Shown here piece after piece: positions 26,195-41,240 of a stretch of DNA of 64,000 nt (positions within the stretch are counted from its first letter, which is position 1; the number at the start of each line of letters is the position of its first letter). The stretch is from Octopus sinensis (taxonomy: Eukaryota). The stretch lies in the NCBI RefSeq assembly GCF_006345805.1, contig NC_042999.1, positions 117,552,001 to 117,616,000 of the forward strand. The letters run 5' to 3'. Under the pieces are notes generated by a model, which did no database searches, had not been told where the DNA came from, and worked only from the letters and a program-made list of their open reading frames with translations. Made by a program: the position numbers and the translations under genes.

Positions 26195-27060
26195 ACCCCA
26201 TTTTGTCAATCCCATATTCCAAAACCTCTGCACAGATTCCATCAGACCCTGGAGATTTCTTGTTATTCAGCTTATTCACAGCTAAATAAATATCATTTAA
26301 AGTTAGCTCAAATGCCATCTCCTCTATAACTGGAAGGTGTTCGATTTTTTCTATCATCCTCATGCCAACGGATGATGGTCTATTGAAAAGTGCAGAAAAC
26401 TGTTCTACTCAACATTTATGAATAGAAGCGGTGTCAGTCAAAAGCAAATGTCCATTTGCTGTTCTCACCGAGCCATTGCAGAAGGTTTTGGGCCATATAC
26501 CTCCTTAACATGAAAGTACAGACCCTTGGCATAATTTCTATCAGCTGTTTATGGCGCCCCTTTTGCTCTAATCATTTCACCATTCCTATTCAATTTTCCT
26601 TAGAACGTCTGCATTTTCCCTTTAAGTTTTCTATAAGCTTCGTTTGAGTTGGGGTTCAAAGACTGAGAAAGAAGTGTATTGCCTAAGTTTTGTTTTTCTA
26701 AAAGTAGATCATGAATTACTGGTAATATGTCTGAAAATCATTCACTGGACACATGCGATTTAAATTCCACTGAAGAACTTGCAGCTTCAAATATTTTTGT
26801 TTTGGAATCTTCACATACGTTGTTTGGATCACGTTTAATACTTTCTGTAGCATCGTGGAATCTTTGCAAGTCGCTTGGTAATTTAAAGTGTGCAACATTT
26901 AACTTTTTGGGTACCTTGGTTAAATATCTAACAAGCTAACTAATCGATAGTTCATTTAATGTGCTGGTTAAACAATCAATCAGTTGTTTGCATGCCAAAG
27001 TCCTTTCGTCGCTATCGTGACCTTATCAACAATATGCCTCTTCTCATCACGGTCTGCCTT
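26195..27060 (-). mobile_element. RTE-clade LINE relic (end of endonuclease and linker)
   Basis: KVPKKLNV, EWFSD, KEVYGPK, EQFSALFNRPSSV, LNNKKSPGSDGICAEVL, with frameshifts and stops. Confidence 0.75.
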
Positions 27061-29444
27061 GAGTCTCTCTGGGACGGGAATTATGGCTGTGTGTATATAC
27101 ACAAGAATATGTGTATATTGATGTATGTTTCCTTACAAGAGAAAGGAAGGTTGAGTGTAAATGAAGAGTTTATGTGTGCGTGTCTGTGCATCTGTGTATG
27201 TCATTGTACACTTGTGTGATTGCTTGAAAAGTGTGCAGTAGCCATCCGTAAGTTCGGTCTCAGATCTGCTAGAATTTGCCTGTCATCTCGTGATGATTTA
27301 TGGGTGCAGTTCCTTATCTGGGGAGGAGAACAGGGTAGGTGTATGTGTGTGTAAGTACACGTGTGTACGATAGAGAGACAAAGTGTGTGTGGTCTAGTGT
27401 ATGTGTTTGTGTGGTGGAGTAGGTTCTGTATGTGTGTATGTTCGAATGCGTATGGGAGAATGTATGAGTGTTTGCTTATGTATGTGAATTCCACTATGTG
27501 TGTATAGGCGCACCTGCGTGTGCTTGCCGAGTGGCGAGGTTTTTTGAGGAGTAAGCGTCTGTGTGTATGATAGCATGCGTGCGTGTATATATGTATAATA
27601 GTCTCTTCTTTGTCCTTGTGATCCAAAGTAATGACACTGACCACCCTGCGTTATTGTCTTGGTTTCACCTTCATTTCTAAATATATTGTATATAGAACCG
27701 CGTCTCTTTATTATCACAGACGAAATTATGCAGTATGATGACTACATATCGATTGCATGAACATAAAATCTATGTTGTGAGACAGTTAGTCCATATGATC
27801 CTTTAAAATCTTTTGATTTTGGTATCTAAACATGACCTGCCAGTTCAAGAAGCAGAACTATTAAAAATAAATGAATGAATTAATAATAAATAAATAACAA
27901 CATAATATATCGTAGTGTATTTGGTAAATTTGAAATATATAAGAAAGACAGAATCATAATCCCCTTTTGAAACTTTTCAATGTAAAAATACCTTTTGTTA
28001 CACGAGAAAGCATCGGTATCGCTGGTCGAAGAGTATCAACTATCGATATGTTTATAGATTCATTTACTAATACTTCTTCATTTTGCTGAATAGTACTGAA
28101 CTTCTACGGGAACCACGTCTTACTAACTCAAGAACTGAAGCTGTTATACGGATGTCATCTCAACAAGTTATCATTTGAGTGTAACGGATGAATAAAATTA
28201 AGAGCATGTGCAGTGCATCTATTTTCTCTTTTTTTTTAATTAACAAGGCTAATGGCGTCGTATAAGAATGAAAAACATGGAAATATTAACAGCAATTTTC
28301 TAAAAATGTGCACTTTGGACGCTGATGGAATACTAAAATTTTTTCTCACACTTTAAACTATACGATAGCATATAAAATCTACAAACAATGAAAACTGAAC
28401 GGAAATTTCTTAAATGTGTGTTTCAGTCATGACTACAATACTGCATGTGACAAAGAAGACGTTGCTTCCCGTTTATACAAATAAAATGTTTGAGTGAGTT
28501 TATGTGTAGCTGTGTATGTGTATGTGCCTATTTGTGAGTATATATATTTGTGTGTGTGTACATATATATATATATATATACACATACATGCACATATACA
28601 TGTATAAATTGTATAAATGTGTCTGAATAGAGAGAGAGGAAATAAAGAATAAGAAGGATATGGAGGTTGTCAAGAAATGCTAGTTAATAATACATGTAGC
28701 ATGCCGTGAGTACCATCTTCTACATTCCTCTATAAAGAAGAGATAGCAATAAAAAACTGAATGGGAGAGAGGTGCATCAATAACAATTGAGAGCATAAAA
28801 ACACTGATGAAAATTTAAGGAAAAAAAACTGTTGATATTAAAAAGAAATAAAAACTGTGAAATTTACCGATAATTTCCATCCAAATTTATAAATGAATCC
28901 AAAATTGCGATAATTCGTAATATTTGTTCTGTTATTTTACATTTATCTCTCTTTCCGCCTGAATTTTCATGTAACTTTATGTCTCAAATTGATCTAAATT
29001 TGGGTTGCTTTTCTAAAGTTTCAGATTGTTGATATCTCTGAATGTTTGCATCCCTCCACGCACAGATATACACTCACATGAGCACATGTACGTTTAGATT
29101 TGGTACATTGATACTCCCCTGTATTTCATTATTTTAATGTTTTTTTTTTATTTACGTACAATGAGTAGCAATTTTTCTTACTCTGCCAGTCTTTCTTTCT
29201 CTTTCTTTTAATCTCTCTGACGTATTTTTCTATCCATATTCCTTTATGCATCCATGTATATGTATGCATAAATGTGAAAATCCTCGAATTTATGTATGCA
29301 CGTATGTATATGTATATACACGGGTATGTATGTAATCATGCACGAAATTATATATCTATGCGTCTATATATGTCTGTATGCTTGTAAATATGCTTGTATT
29401 TACACACACACAAACAAACAAACAAAGACACACACACATCGAAA

Positions 29445-30400
29445 GTCTTTACTCGCCTAGCGCTTCGAAGATCAAAGGAGTATGCAAAATCTAATCTACA
29501 TCTTATTTGATGGTTAAATAAGAAAGCACGGATAGTTAAAAGACTTTTCGAAGAGTGGTTTACAAACATACTTTGCTTCTACTGAAGAAAGGTAGAAAGA
29601 TACAATCCTAGACATAATATTTCCATGGAAGCATTGCGCATTTTAGGCAATGCACTAAGTCATTCGGCGAACAGAACGGAGCTTTCTGATAATGTGAATG
29701 TAAAATACATCCTCAAGATACGACTTCTTTCCTCCAGTCAATAAGATCCAGCGTGACAGAGATTTCAACGCAAATTTGTTAAAAAGAACTTTCAAACAGC
29801 TTATGAAAGCATTTGACAGGGTGGATAAACTAACTATTAGAGAATTATGGAAGAAGTTCAACATAGAGCTTGTTGTAAATAATACAGCTGAGAAATCGGA
29901 TAAACTCATAACTTTTAAAGGGATTTGGACAAATGTATGGCAAGACACTGTCCGTTAGTCTAAAGATTTTCACAAGCAGAAACTCTACATCAAATTCGAA
30001 AACATGTGACACTTGCAAATGATGTAGAACTTGAAAAACTCATAAAGGATGTTGTGGCTGAGTTGCTAGTGCTCAACAGAGAACACTATTAACTCTTCTG
30101 ACGAGGAGCCTTAGAAGGAGAGCAAGCTGAGGACACAAATATATGGAAATGCAAACAATTCTAATCGACTGCAAAGTATATTGCTTATGCAGGAAGCTCT
30201 GCAAGCTTTTGCTGATAGCGGACCTAACTGTAAACGTAACAAAATGTTCGTAATAAGCTCGGTTCTTGCAATGAGAAGTACAAAACATCATAAACTTGAA
30301 AAGCATCAAGAAACTTGAGATAAGTCCTTCACCTCTCAAGAAAATATTTAGTCCTTTATCCGTGCCGTAACTCTCCATCCCCGCGCACTAATGTGTGTTA
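29445..30400 (+). mobile_element. Tigger/pogo DDE transposase relic
   Basis: EYAKSNLHLI.WLNRKAR..LFEEWF; PQDTTSFLQSI (PNTTSxxQP-like); LKRTFKQLMKAFDRVDKLTIRELWKKFNI..GIWTNVW. Confidence 0.7.
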
Positions 30401-31043
30401 TGATATTACAATTCTTTTTTATTCCTTTACCTATTTTTCGTCATATGTTGTTTTCTGTGTTTAGAAATTGCAATTTTCGTGCATAAATTTTGTCATGTAG
30501 CTTTATTATTTTTTTTGTCATTTTTCGAAAAAATCTATCAGAATGCATCTGCTTTAATAACATGAAAGTCAAGTAGAAAATTAATTTGGCTTTAGAAGAT
30601 TTGCATTATGAAAAAATTTACAGTTCGGGAACGCTTTACCACTAGAACTCGAGGGTTTTACACACACACACACACATACACACACACACTCACACACACA
30701 AACACACTCACACACACACACACACTTTCACGTACACACATTTGTGAATATGCATATGTATTTATTTTTACGTGATTTCATGTGCGGTAATTTTTTGGGT
30801 TATTTATTTGCCGAATTATTCTCTATGGATGATTATTGTTTTGGTAATTTTGCACTGTAAAAATATTTTTAGCTCTCAGAATATGTTTACCATGATTCCA
30901 AACAACCTGCTAGTAAATTATGCAAATGTACTTTAATAGCTTGTAATATTTTAATGTTTCTGGTTTATTTTCTAAAAACCACAGATTCCTCTTCCTTATA
31001 TCATTGAACTGTTATTCTCTATCAATATTGAAATAACGTAGAG

Positions 31044-31108
<65 letters not shown>

Positions 31109-33090
31109 TGGAATAATAACCATAATTCAGTATAGCAACAAAATTAATCACTGGAAATTTATGCTGTGTTCCTTCAAGGAATACTACTAAACTGAGTTAG
31201 TAAGCCCTGTACACCGTTATATTTCCTACTCTTGTGAAAGCTTGCGTCTGAGTTATGAAGGGCTGCAAATTGTATACATTGTATCGTTTGCAAATTGTAT
31301 ACATTGTATCTTTTGATCTAAGTTAATAATAAATTTTTGAAATTAAATTGTGTTGGTTAAGTGTGCTATGTAAAGCGTTCATCTTGAATAGATACGATGG
31401 ATTAGACTTGCACGTTTTAAGTAACCTATATTCCTGTAATAGTTCTTGTTTTCGCAGTTGTGCGTGAAACACTGCAAATTGGTGAATTCGCACAATTAGG
31501 AATCCTTAAAGCATGGTGCCAGTTGCGACAGACACCTGCTAAGAGGAGGAAAGACAATCTTGATGTATTAGGTTGGCACCTAAGTTTCCGCCATTTTTTA
31601 AAATTTAAATTTTTCAAAAGGTTTAATAAAAGAATAACAACTAATTAATTAATAATGTATTCACCCTTGTTGTTTGAGGAGAATTTTCATGCAAAAGTTG
31701 GTTTAATCGCTCTTTATCGAAGTCAACTTGAAGGCCAGAATGAGGTGCGTCTTTGAGGTCAAAATTTCCTTTTTTAAAATTGGTATACTAATCACGAGTG
31801 GTTCTTTCAGCTATGGCACCCTCTCCATACATAGCATAAATGTCGAGAGAGCTTTTGCGGACTTAGAACCTTGATTAAAAGCAAAAAGAAGGAGGTATCG
31901 AAAATGCCCGTTTTTCTTAACTTGACATTCCGTTTTAATGATCTGAAAATAAACAAAAATTAACTAAAATTAACTGGAAAAAAATTCCAAAATGATTCAA
32001 AAACAGTCTTGTCAATCTGCTGTAGATGTCCGAACTTACGTCACTTTGGAGATGGTGCAAATTTTAGAGACTCCTGCTTCAGTCCATTCTAAGACCTAAG
32101 GTAATGCAGGCATGCTCCTAAGAAACCATTACAGTTACCTAAAAATACTGCTAAGCAGAATGTCCTGTACCTAGAAACGTCATTAGGTAAATCGGTGCCC
32201 AACTTCTTTCGATACATACATAGCCATTAGTGTTAGGGCATCAGTTTCAAATTACTCACATCTACGAACAAGAATTTGCCGCCTAGATTCTCACAGACTA
32301 CCCTAGTATGTCTAGGCAATTGCAAATAAAGGCATGTTGGAATGCATAGTCTCGCTGATGGCCATCACACCCAAATAAAATAACCTGAGGACGCTGTTTG
32401 AGCAAGTGCTTTTAATTCCACACATCACTCCTTTTCACGAACATCCAAACATTCAATCGTAAATCCTATTATAGTGGTAGTCGGGTGAGAAGATAAGAAC
32501 GGAATAAATTGTTCTTACTTAAATAAGAATTAGAAGTTACCGGTTTGTTGGAGCAATCATCAATTGATCGACGTAGCAAGTACGAGCGTTGGCTCTCTTA
32601 TGAATAAGAATTCCGTGTCTTTCTTATCTATTGCTCTTTGTTTCTGTTTGCTCCTCTTTTTCTATGTATATGTATTTCTCTATATGCATTTATATCATTC
32701 TCTATTTACCATTATCAATACCAACGGCATTGCAGCCATCTTCACTACTACACTCACCAAAGAAACCAATGCAGCACACTCCAGCACCAACACTGCCATA
32801 GCAACAATACAGCTACTTTCTCATCCACGTTACTTCCCTTAGCGTTGCACACATTTTAATAAAAAATGGACAATCTGTTTTTGTATACAGTTGATGATGA
32901 TGATGATGATGATAATGATGACTAAACTGGAAATTATTTCCTCGAACCCGAAAAAATGAAAGGCGAAGTCGAAATTGAACTCAATGTAAAACGGGCGAAA
33001 TGCTACTAAATATATTGTCAGACATACTAACAATATTACCTACTCACTGCCCTGATGATGATGAAGAAAATAATAATAATAATAATAATA

Positions 33091-33142
<52 letters not shown>

Positions 33143-34698
33143 TATAATAATAATAATAATAACTTTTTGAAAAACTGTGAATAAATAATTTAAGGTTTTT
33201 AATTGATGTGTAGTTTTCTAGGTTTTCTGGACTTAATTGAAGATGTGTCTAATTTTCGTGTTATTATTTTATTCCTTGGCTAAATATTGATTGCTGTTTA
33301 AATAATTCTGTTTGCATTCAAGACCAATATAATATCAAGGACACTTCATCTTGATCGGAAGATCTTATACACATTGTGGAACCTATAATCATTACGAAAG
33401 CTATTTTCTGTCGAGAGACAGAAGGGCGAGAAAGACAAAAATAGATAGAAAGTGAGGGAGAGTGAGGGAGTAGAAAAAGAAATGGATAGATTGAGATGGA
33501 GAGCAGGAGTGTTACAAAAATATAAAACGTGAGAAAATAGACTGTAAAAATCAATTTCAAAATAGGCGTGCATGCATTGCATACTCTCTTGCACAAGCTT
33601 TGCAATTTGCATTCGAGAAAGCACGAATATATTTCAACCCACAAAAGAATTTGATCAGATTAATGTTCGTGTGAAAACTGAAGGGAAAAATCAATAAAAT
33701 AAGAGGTAGTATGTAATTTGTGATGTAAAGACTCTGTGATAACTTATTTGTGTCTCAACTGTATATAATAGTGATGCATCAAATATAATTTACATCAAAA
33801 ATCTGGTATTTTGCATTTATTTAGGCATCATGTTATATTATTTACACATATGAAGGAAACAAGCAAAATCACAACACGTTCATTTGCATCGATTCCCACA
33901 TGCACACACACACATATGCACACATACAAACAATATATATATATATGTATATATAACGAATGGTTTACACCTGGTAGCTTACTAGTAAGGCATGGTCACT
34001 TTCATAGTGATCTTTATGTATATGGCAAATGAAAGACGGAAGATGGAATATACAAGAATTTATTATTAATCACGACAATTGTTTCGACACATTTACTATT
34101 GATCCCTCATGGGTGGGACACTCAACAACTGGTTCAGGAGCATCCGGTGGTGCAGATGTATCTCGTCGGGTGATAAATAGACACAACTCGTTGAAATAAC
34201 AGTTCCGCAATGTAACTTCTCGTTTTGTAGAAAGAAAAGTAGCCAGACGGAGGAGATGTTTTCATTTATATAGAATATCAAAACTAAAATCACAGATGGA
34301 AAGAGCAACGAACACGCAATACAGCGAGAAAAGTATTAAACATAACCGTTAACAAATATGGATTATTAATGCAATCGGGCAAACTGCATGGCCCAAGTAT
34401 ACGCGTTCATACAAGAATCTGCGAAAATGTGAGTATACGTACAAGTGAGGTTTGGTGCACTCGTGATCACAAAGCGAGTTAACTATCTACATATTTGTAA
34501 GAAAGGGGAGGTTTAACTTTCCTTTCAAAGATCTATAGCAACCATCTGATTAACCGGAACACTGTCCCATTCATACATGGCTACTGTGTCGAAACTCATT
34601 CTTGCATTCAATATTGAATTTTATTTATTTATTCATCTATTTATTATCATCATTATTATCATTATTGTTTTTACTATTATTGTTGCTGTTGTTTTAGT

Positions 34699-34699
<1 letters not shown>

Positions 34700-34758
<59 letters not shown>

Positions 34759-34765
34759 AACTACA

Positions 34766-34862
<97 letters not shown>
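34700..34862. repeat. (TAC)n microsatellite
   Basis: Direct; source of the poly-Thr ORF. Confidence 0.97.
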
Positions 34863-34864
<2 letters not shown>

Positions 34865-35299
34865 GCTGCTGCTACCTTATGGATGTATTGAAAAATATTA
34901 AGTAAACAAAAATTATTTACAAATCAAAATGCGGACACTGAAGCCATAAGAACTACAAGCAAGGAATTCAGCAAATCCTCCAGTATTTGATAGTGATAGG
35001 TCAATCTCTCAGAACGATAGTACCCGTAAAGATATTAGCAGCACATGCCTCCACCATCACGAACAACAATAACAGTACCAAAGAAAACGAAATTAAATAT
35101 GTAAATCACAAATGACAAGAGATGTATTAATGTTGTAATGAAAGGCTATGAAGATAATCAAGTCACCATTACCAAGGAAACACAAAAGCCAGCAAAAATC
35201 AAGAATGCAAACAGAAGCACTTCAACAACTTCTATGCACTGTCTAAGGAAAGTGCTTTTAGACATAGTGAAGGTCGGATAAACTGCCACAGTCTTCATA

Positions 35300-36950
35300 C
35301 TTATTATTGCTCGAACTATGTTCAGTATCAAAGAAACTTTGACCAATATTTCTCTTCATCTCAGTCGTAAAATCAGTTTATATCAGAACGAGGATCGAAG
35401 GCAACTCTCTTCACATATTTCTACCGCAAAGTGTCTGTGTCTACAAAAGGTCTACACCTATCACTTGAAGTCATTTAAGTATTCCGGCATCGTTAATAGT
35501 AGACTCATTATCCTTAGCAGCAAAGATATTTCAGTGATATATCTAAGACTTCAAAGAGAGTGACAGATATAATTTTCTTAGGTATATTCCACCACAAATT
35601 TCCAATAACCGAAATCCATAATCTCACTCTCCCAAGTGGTCTGCTATGTAGCTTGCAGCTGTATAAAAGAGGAATGTTTCTTGCAACAACTGATGGAAAT
35701 TATCCACCATAATCAGCTAAGAAAAGTTTGAAGCTCATGCCAAATTACTGAAATACAACCATTCAGAAATCTAATAATACTATCGGGAATTGCAGTTCTT
35801 TTACAAACTTTTGCTTTTCAAATAAGATCGTTTTGTAAGAAACACTTCTGTGGGTAGTGCCACTTTTTGATGGTTTAGAAGGGGAAATCCACTCCTTTAA
35901 AGTTACAAGCATTGCGATAGTTCTCCAAAATCTAGTCCATATCTATATTCATATATGTTGTTGCTGCTGTTTAATCCTAGGTCATCTCTCATCGAGCCTA
36001 TGATAAAAGCTATTCTAGCCGTAAATATTCTAGCGACATATTTACGGTTAGAATAGCTTTTACCATAGATGTAGGAACTTACGGCCTTATTCTCCAACCC
36101 ATTCTTTTCTGATACGGTAGGGTATAACAAGGGAGATTTGGCTTTTGTTGCTGGCAATCGAGCATCAACATAGAATTTCCGTTGTTGGCTCATCTGTAGG
36201 TATATAAATGCTGATGGTGGTCATTGAGGAAGGGAACAAGTTAAATTTAGTCCGAATATTGCATCTACTGTTCCTGTCTTGGGGATATGCTTTCTTGCAT
36301 AATGTTTTGGGACTGGAGGAGACTGGGCTGCATCTATTTTGCTATAAGTCTCCTTTATATTTGTTTGGATTGAGTGGAAGAAATAGTGTCCGTCTGGTTG
36401 CAAGGAGTTCGAATTAAGAAACTCTGCCTCTTGCATGACCAGATGGTCATTCATTTTCAGCATTTTTGTTCATTATGGAAATGGTGTGTCAGTGTTGTCT
36501 ATTTGCTGCATGCAATAATGCGATTATTTGATTGTGATCACTTATTCAGTTGAGTGCCTAATATTATCTAGCACACTCCATGGTGAAACGTCGAATGTAT
36601 ATCTTATATACAAATGTTATTGTCCTTGAGCTAACCGAATGTAGTAGCCGTAAGTGTATTTCTGTTTCGTTTTGTTTTTGCTTCCAGTGGTTTACACGTA
36701 TGCTGTGAATTATGTTGAGTATACAGTTGTTACTCGCTTCCTTATTATGTTCAAGAGGTATATTAATATCACCGTTTCCAGTATTATTGTTTAGGAAAAA
36801 GACAATGGATTTAACTGATGCAATTATAAGTGTATTGTTTTTCATCCTGCTTTCTAAGCGTCTCCTAGAGAACTGGAATAATTGCGCAGATATGCATGTA
36901 GATTGACGGCAGGGTATGAATTTGGTGAAATCTGCTTATTAAAAAAATGC
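35300..36950 (-). mobile_element. Highly degraded APE-type LINE (L1/Tx1-like) relic
   Basis: AVNLHAY, GDINIPL and ISDH resemble APE motifs in the expected order; downstream RT-like traces are weak. Confidence 0.4.
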
Positions 36951-37271
36951 ACATTATTTGTGACAGAATGAGGAGGTCGTATAAGTATAAATGCTAATAT
37001 GAGTGCATGATAGGTTGACTCCTTACCTGTGTTTCTTTTAGAAACAAAAATAAAAACACGTAAGAATTTCTGGCGTATGATACGCTAGCTTCTTTATCTG
37101 GGATGTAATTGCGCATTCGACGGTTTTTGTTATTTCTTATTAAGGAGGGGTTGTGTAGTTTGTGCAAGTTGTAGTAATGATGTTAGGATCGAAGTTTTTT
37201 CAAACACCAATCGTAACTAAACTGGTACATATACATGAGTCATTATTACAGACCGTTCTTGATCTCGCAAA

Positions 37272-37274
<3 letters not shown>

Positions 37275-37370
<96 letters not shown>

Positions 37371-37670
37371 TATAAATATATATATAAATAAATATATAAA
37401 TATATATATATATATATAAATATATAATATATATAAATATATATATAAATAAATATATAAATAAATAAATAAATAAATAAATAAATATATATATATATAT
37501 ATAAATAATATATATATATATATTATATATATATAAATATATATATCTATATATATAATATATATATAATATATATATATTATATATATATATATATACA
37601 TATACATATGTATATGTATATACATATATATATATACATATATATACATATACATATGTATATGTATATA
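37275..37670. repeat. Compound (TA)n/(AAAT)n low-complexity tract
   Basis: Direct. Confidence 0.95.
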
Positions 37671-37728
37671 TATTACCTGAAAAGTACAGTATTAAATATC
37701 TATCTGTCTCCCTCTCTCTCTCTCTCTT

Positions 37729-37764
<36 letters not shown>

Positions 37765-39423
37765 GTGCTAAAAACAATAATTATACTTTAAAAGTTCATT
37801 TTGATCGAATGTTTCAAAATAAAAACGTGCATAAACTACAACAATATCCTTATAGCATGCACAGCAGACCAACAGTAGAACCTATTGAAAACGGTAATGC
37901 TATAGGCATAAGGTTTGAAATATTTCCCAATGGTACTTTTTTGTAATTCTTTGAAGGGATGAAAGTCTCGATAAAGGTACAGTAAATACAAGTAGAATAT
38001 TTTATAGGATAGATTACTGGCATTTGATGTTTAAAACAGACAGTAAACTAACAAAAATCTGGAGGCAATTATTGATTGTAGTTGTAAGTACTTGACAATT
38101 TCTTTATTACACAAATTACCGATCTTAAAGACGAAGGTTTTACTGACACAGTCGTGTTGTTTACTTAAATATCTACATAACAGGCATAAATAACTATTGT
38201 TTAAAACCTCTTGTTACAAATTATTCGTTCGAATCTACATTTTAGAACTTCATTACAACGTCCGGGATCGTATTTTCTCTATAATTAATTTTAATGTCAG
38301 TGCTATTTTTCTTGATGTTAAGGTATGAAGATTTATTTCTTTTAGATAAGATCGATTGAAAGACTGACAAAGGCGTATTTATTAACGAAATTTTCTTGAT
38401 GTTACCATTCAGTGCTATTTTCAAACAGAAGCCAATCAGAGTTAGAAAACTAATTGTGCTGGTTGTTCGACTAAATGTAGAAATACAGTTTGTCAACACG
38501 TATAGAAGATATTGTATTCATATCTATGAGAGAGATTTCGCATGAGAATATCTTCTACGTATCTGACCAAAGACCTTCCAATCGCACATACAAAGTACCT
38601 AGCAATCTTGCATGGTGCTAAAAACAGTAATTATACTTTAGGTATCAGAATTCCTGATGAACTCGTGATAATCTGTAATCTTTCAATTTTTACATACGCC
38701 TAAGCAAACGGGAATAAGTATCATATATTGATAGTCATCAAATATCTACCAAAGACCGAGACTCCTGATAAGATGAATGTGCCCAACACCCAGAAAACAT
38801 TGAGTAATGAAGAGCTGAGCCAAAGTGGTTTTCAATACATGTAACTCCAATCAAAATGCGTTGAGTGCTATTTACATTTTTTCACTCATTTCTGTACATA
38901 TGTATGTAAGTAAGTATGTACTATGTATGTATGTGTTTTTCTCCTTTTAATTTAAAATATATTTTGATTGGCTACCTGCATGGTCGCAAATTTTTTAAAG
39001 AAAGCATCTTGTTTTGTTCATGAACATTGAAATCTTATGAAAGTCTTGCAATCATTTGTAGTGTATGAATTTAGGATTTGCCCTCTCTCCAAGATCCCAA
39101 GTTCAGCCATATTTTGCTCGAAACAGATTGGTATGCTTCCTGTTGCTCCAATAATAACTATGAAGCGAAAAACCTGAAACTGTATCTTGTGTACTGGATT
39201 TGCAAACTCCTTATCAATGGTCCACCGATCTAATTCTCTTGTACATTTCTAACTGCATTGTGTATGTATATTAGTAAATATATAAGATTAAAGACCAAAG
39301 AGCGCGGAGAAAATTTTAACAATATAGTTCCCTAGACTGTAAAGACAGGTACGTACGCCGTTCATATACTTGCAAACATACACACAATTTATGTTTTACA
39401 TATACGTACGTACATACATACAT

Positions 39424-39499
<76 letters not shown>

Positions 39500-39518
<19 letters not shown>

Positions 39519-40145
39519 CTGAAATGCAAAAAGGTTGTTTGTCTCATTTTCGGATTGGAACGAGTTAAGGGGCACTAGATGGGGTCGGATTGGCTCCAAA
39601 ATTTACAGGCATGTGTAAAAAGAGTCGAGGAAATGAGTGGACTAGGTTAGAAACCACCATCTCAAAAGCTGTGGTTACTAGGGCAACTGTTTGTCGTTGC
39701 TCTCTTTGGAATTTTTCTAGAAGTAATTTTCCCTAATCATCGGAACTTTCCATGAAATACTATAATCCTCGGAAGTTTCCTGGAAGTTTCCTGAACTTTC
39801 CTGGAAGTTTCCTGAACTTTCCAGGAAGTGATTTTCCCTAATCCTCGCAACTTTCCAGAGAGTACCATATTCCTCGGAACTTTGCACGAAGGAATTTTCC
39901 GTAATCCTCGGGACTTTCCAGGAAATATCATATTCCTCGGAACTTTCCAGGAACTATCCAAATCCCTGGAACTCTCCATGAATACCATAATCCTCGGAAC
40001 ATTCCAGAAATACCCTAATCCTCAGAAGTTTCCAGGAAATACCCTAATCCTGGGAACTTTCCAGGAAATACCGTAACCCTCGGAACTTTCCAGGAAATAA
40101 GAACCACACCCTCACCCGCGTGTAATGTGGGTCACCTTAAACTAG
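39500..40145 (+). mobile_element. Non-autonomous Helitron carrying a 29-bp minisatellite
   Basis: Start (TA)n-AAGCTGAAAT..CCAAAATTTACAGGCATGTG resembles the other Helitron heads; hairpin ACCCGCG-TGTAA-TGTGGGT (40114-40132), then CTAG|T at 40142-40146. The 5' TC is not visible in the (TA)n tract. Confidence 0.7.
39730..40100 (+). repeat. Degenerate ~29-bp minisatellite (TAATCCTCGGAACTTTCCAGGAAATACCC), about 12 units
   Basis: Tandem variants visible; best conserved toward the 3' end. Confidence 0.9.
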
Positions 40146-40363
40146 TATATATATATATATATGCTCCAGGTTGTAAAAATGAGTTGTATGAGTAATTCAG
40201 AAGAACAGCTTCGTTACATTTTGTGTCAAGCTGAATTTCTTTGAGAACTACGTTTAGGGTACGCGTGCTTGTGCACTGTTCAACCACTTGTACATTAATT
40301 TCAAGTGCAGGCTGTTCGGTTGAACTGGAACACTAGTCGTTGTCATCGATGGAGAGCCAGACC

Positions 40364-40406
<43 letters not shown>

Positions 40407-40594
40407 CTCTTTACTGAAAGAGACTGCAAAAGGTCAGTTGTACATAAGACTACATCAAAAATCCTCTCAGTCACGGTTTAGGAAATTCAGTATGATTAGA
40501 ATCCTGCTGCACTATTTCATTTCTCCGTTTTCTTTCAACACATGACCAACCCAATGAAAGGAACCTATTCTCGACTCGGATTAAAGTGAATAAT

Positions 40595-41240
40595 CGTAAA
40601 ACTGAAGTTCTCCAATGAGCCTTCCCGTATACATTTTCTCATCAGCCAATCCTTATTGATGTTGCTCCTCTACAGCAGGCGGAATCATTCTGCTATCTTG
40701 GAAGCATGATCGCTAAATCTGGACTCATTGACAATAAGATAATCCGTCTGATCCACTTGGTCTCTGCATCTTTCGTGAAACCCAGCAAACGAGTGTTTCA
40801 TAACAAGAACATTTGAGCTAGTATAAAACCCTCCGTTTATTGAATTGTATGTGTATCTACTCTCCCGCACTGATCTGAGTGCTGGACCCAAACAGATCAT
40901 TGCAAAGAATACTCGGTCTCACATGGTTGAACCAGGTACCTCATGCCGAAATCCTCATGAAGTCTGACCTGGAATCTACAGCGTTGGGGCCTGCATCATT
41001 CGCCGTCTACTCCTCTGAATCACATTCAACTGCTGGGTAACCGGCTCCCGAAGACAACCCTCTTTAGCGAGTTCAAGACTGGAAGTAGGCTTATGGACGT
41101 CCAAGACTTCATTTTTATGATCATCTCAAGAAATCTCTTATTGTATGCGGCCTTGTCAACCCCATCTGAAACAATGTACTGAAAGCGGCGGAGGATGAAT
41201 CTCTTGGATTAACGCTGTCATCACCTTTGATGGGTTGTCG
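40595..41240 (+). mobile_element. Degraded RTE-clade LINE 3' part
   Basis: KTEVLQ..LQQAESFCYLGSMI..KRVFHNKNI..STLPH*SECWT. Confidence 0.7.

Noticed and set aside
39730-40100. CRISPR array or coding repeat (KVPR ORFs)
   Set aside because: Units are contiguous without unique spacers, there are no cas genes, and the context is a eukaryotic Helitron.
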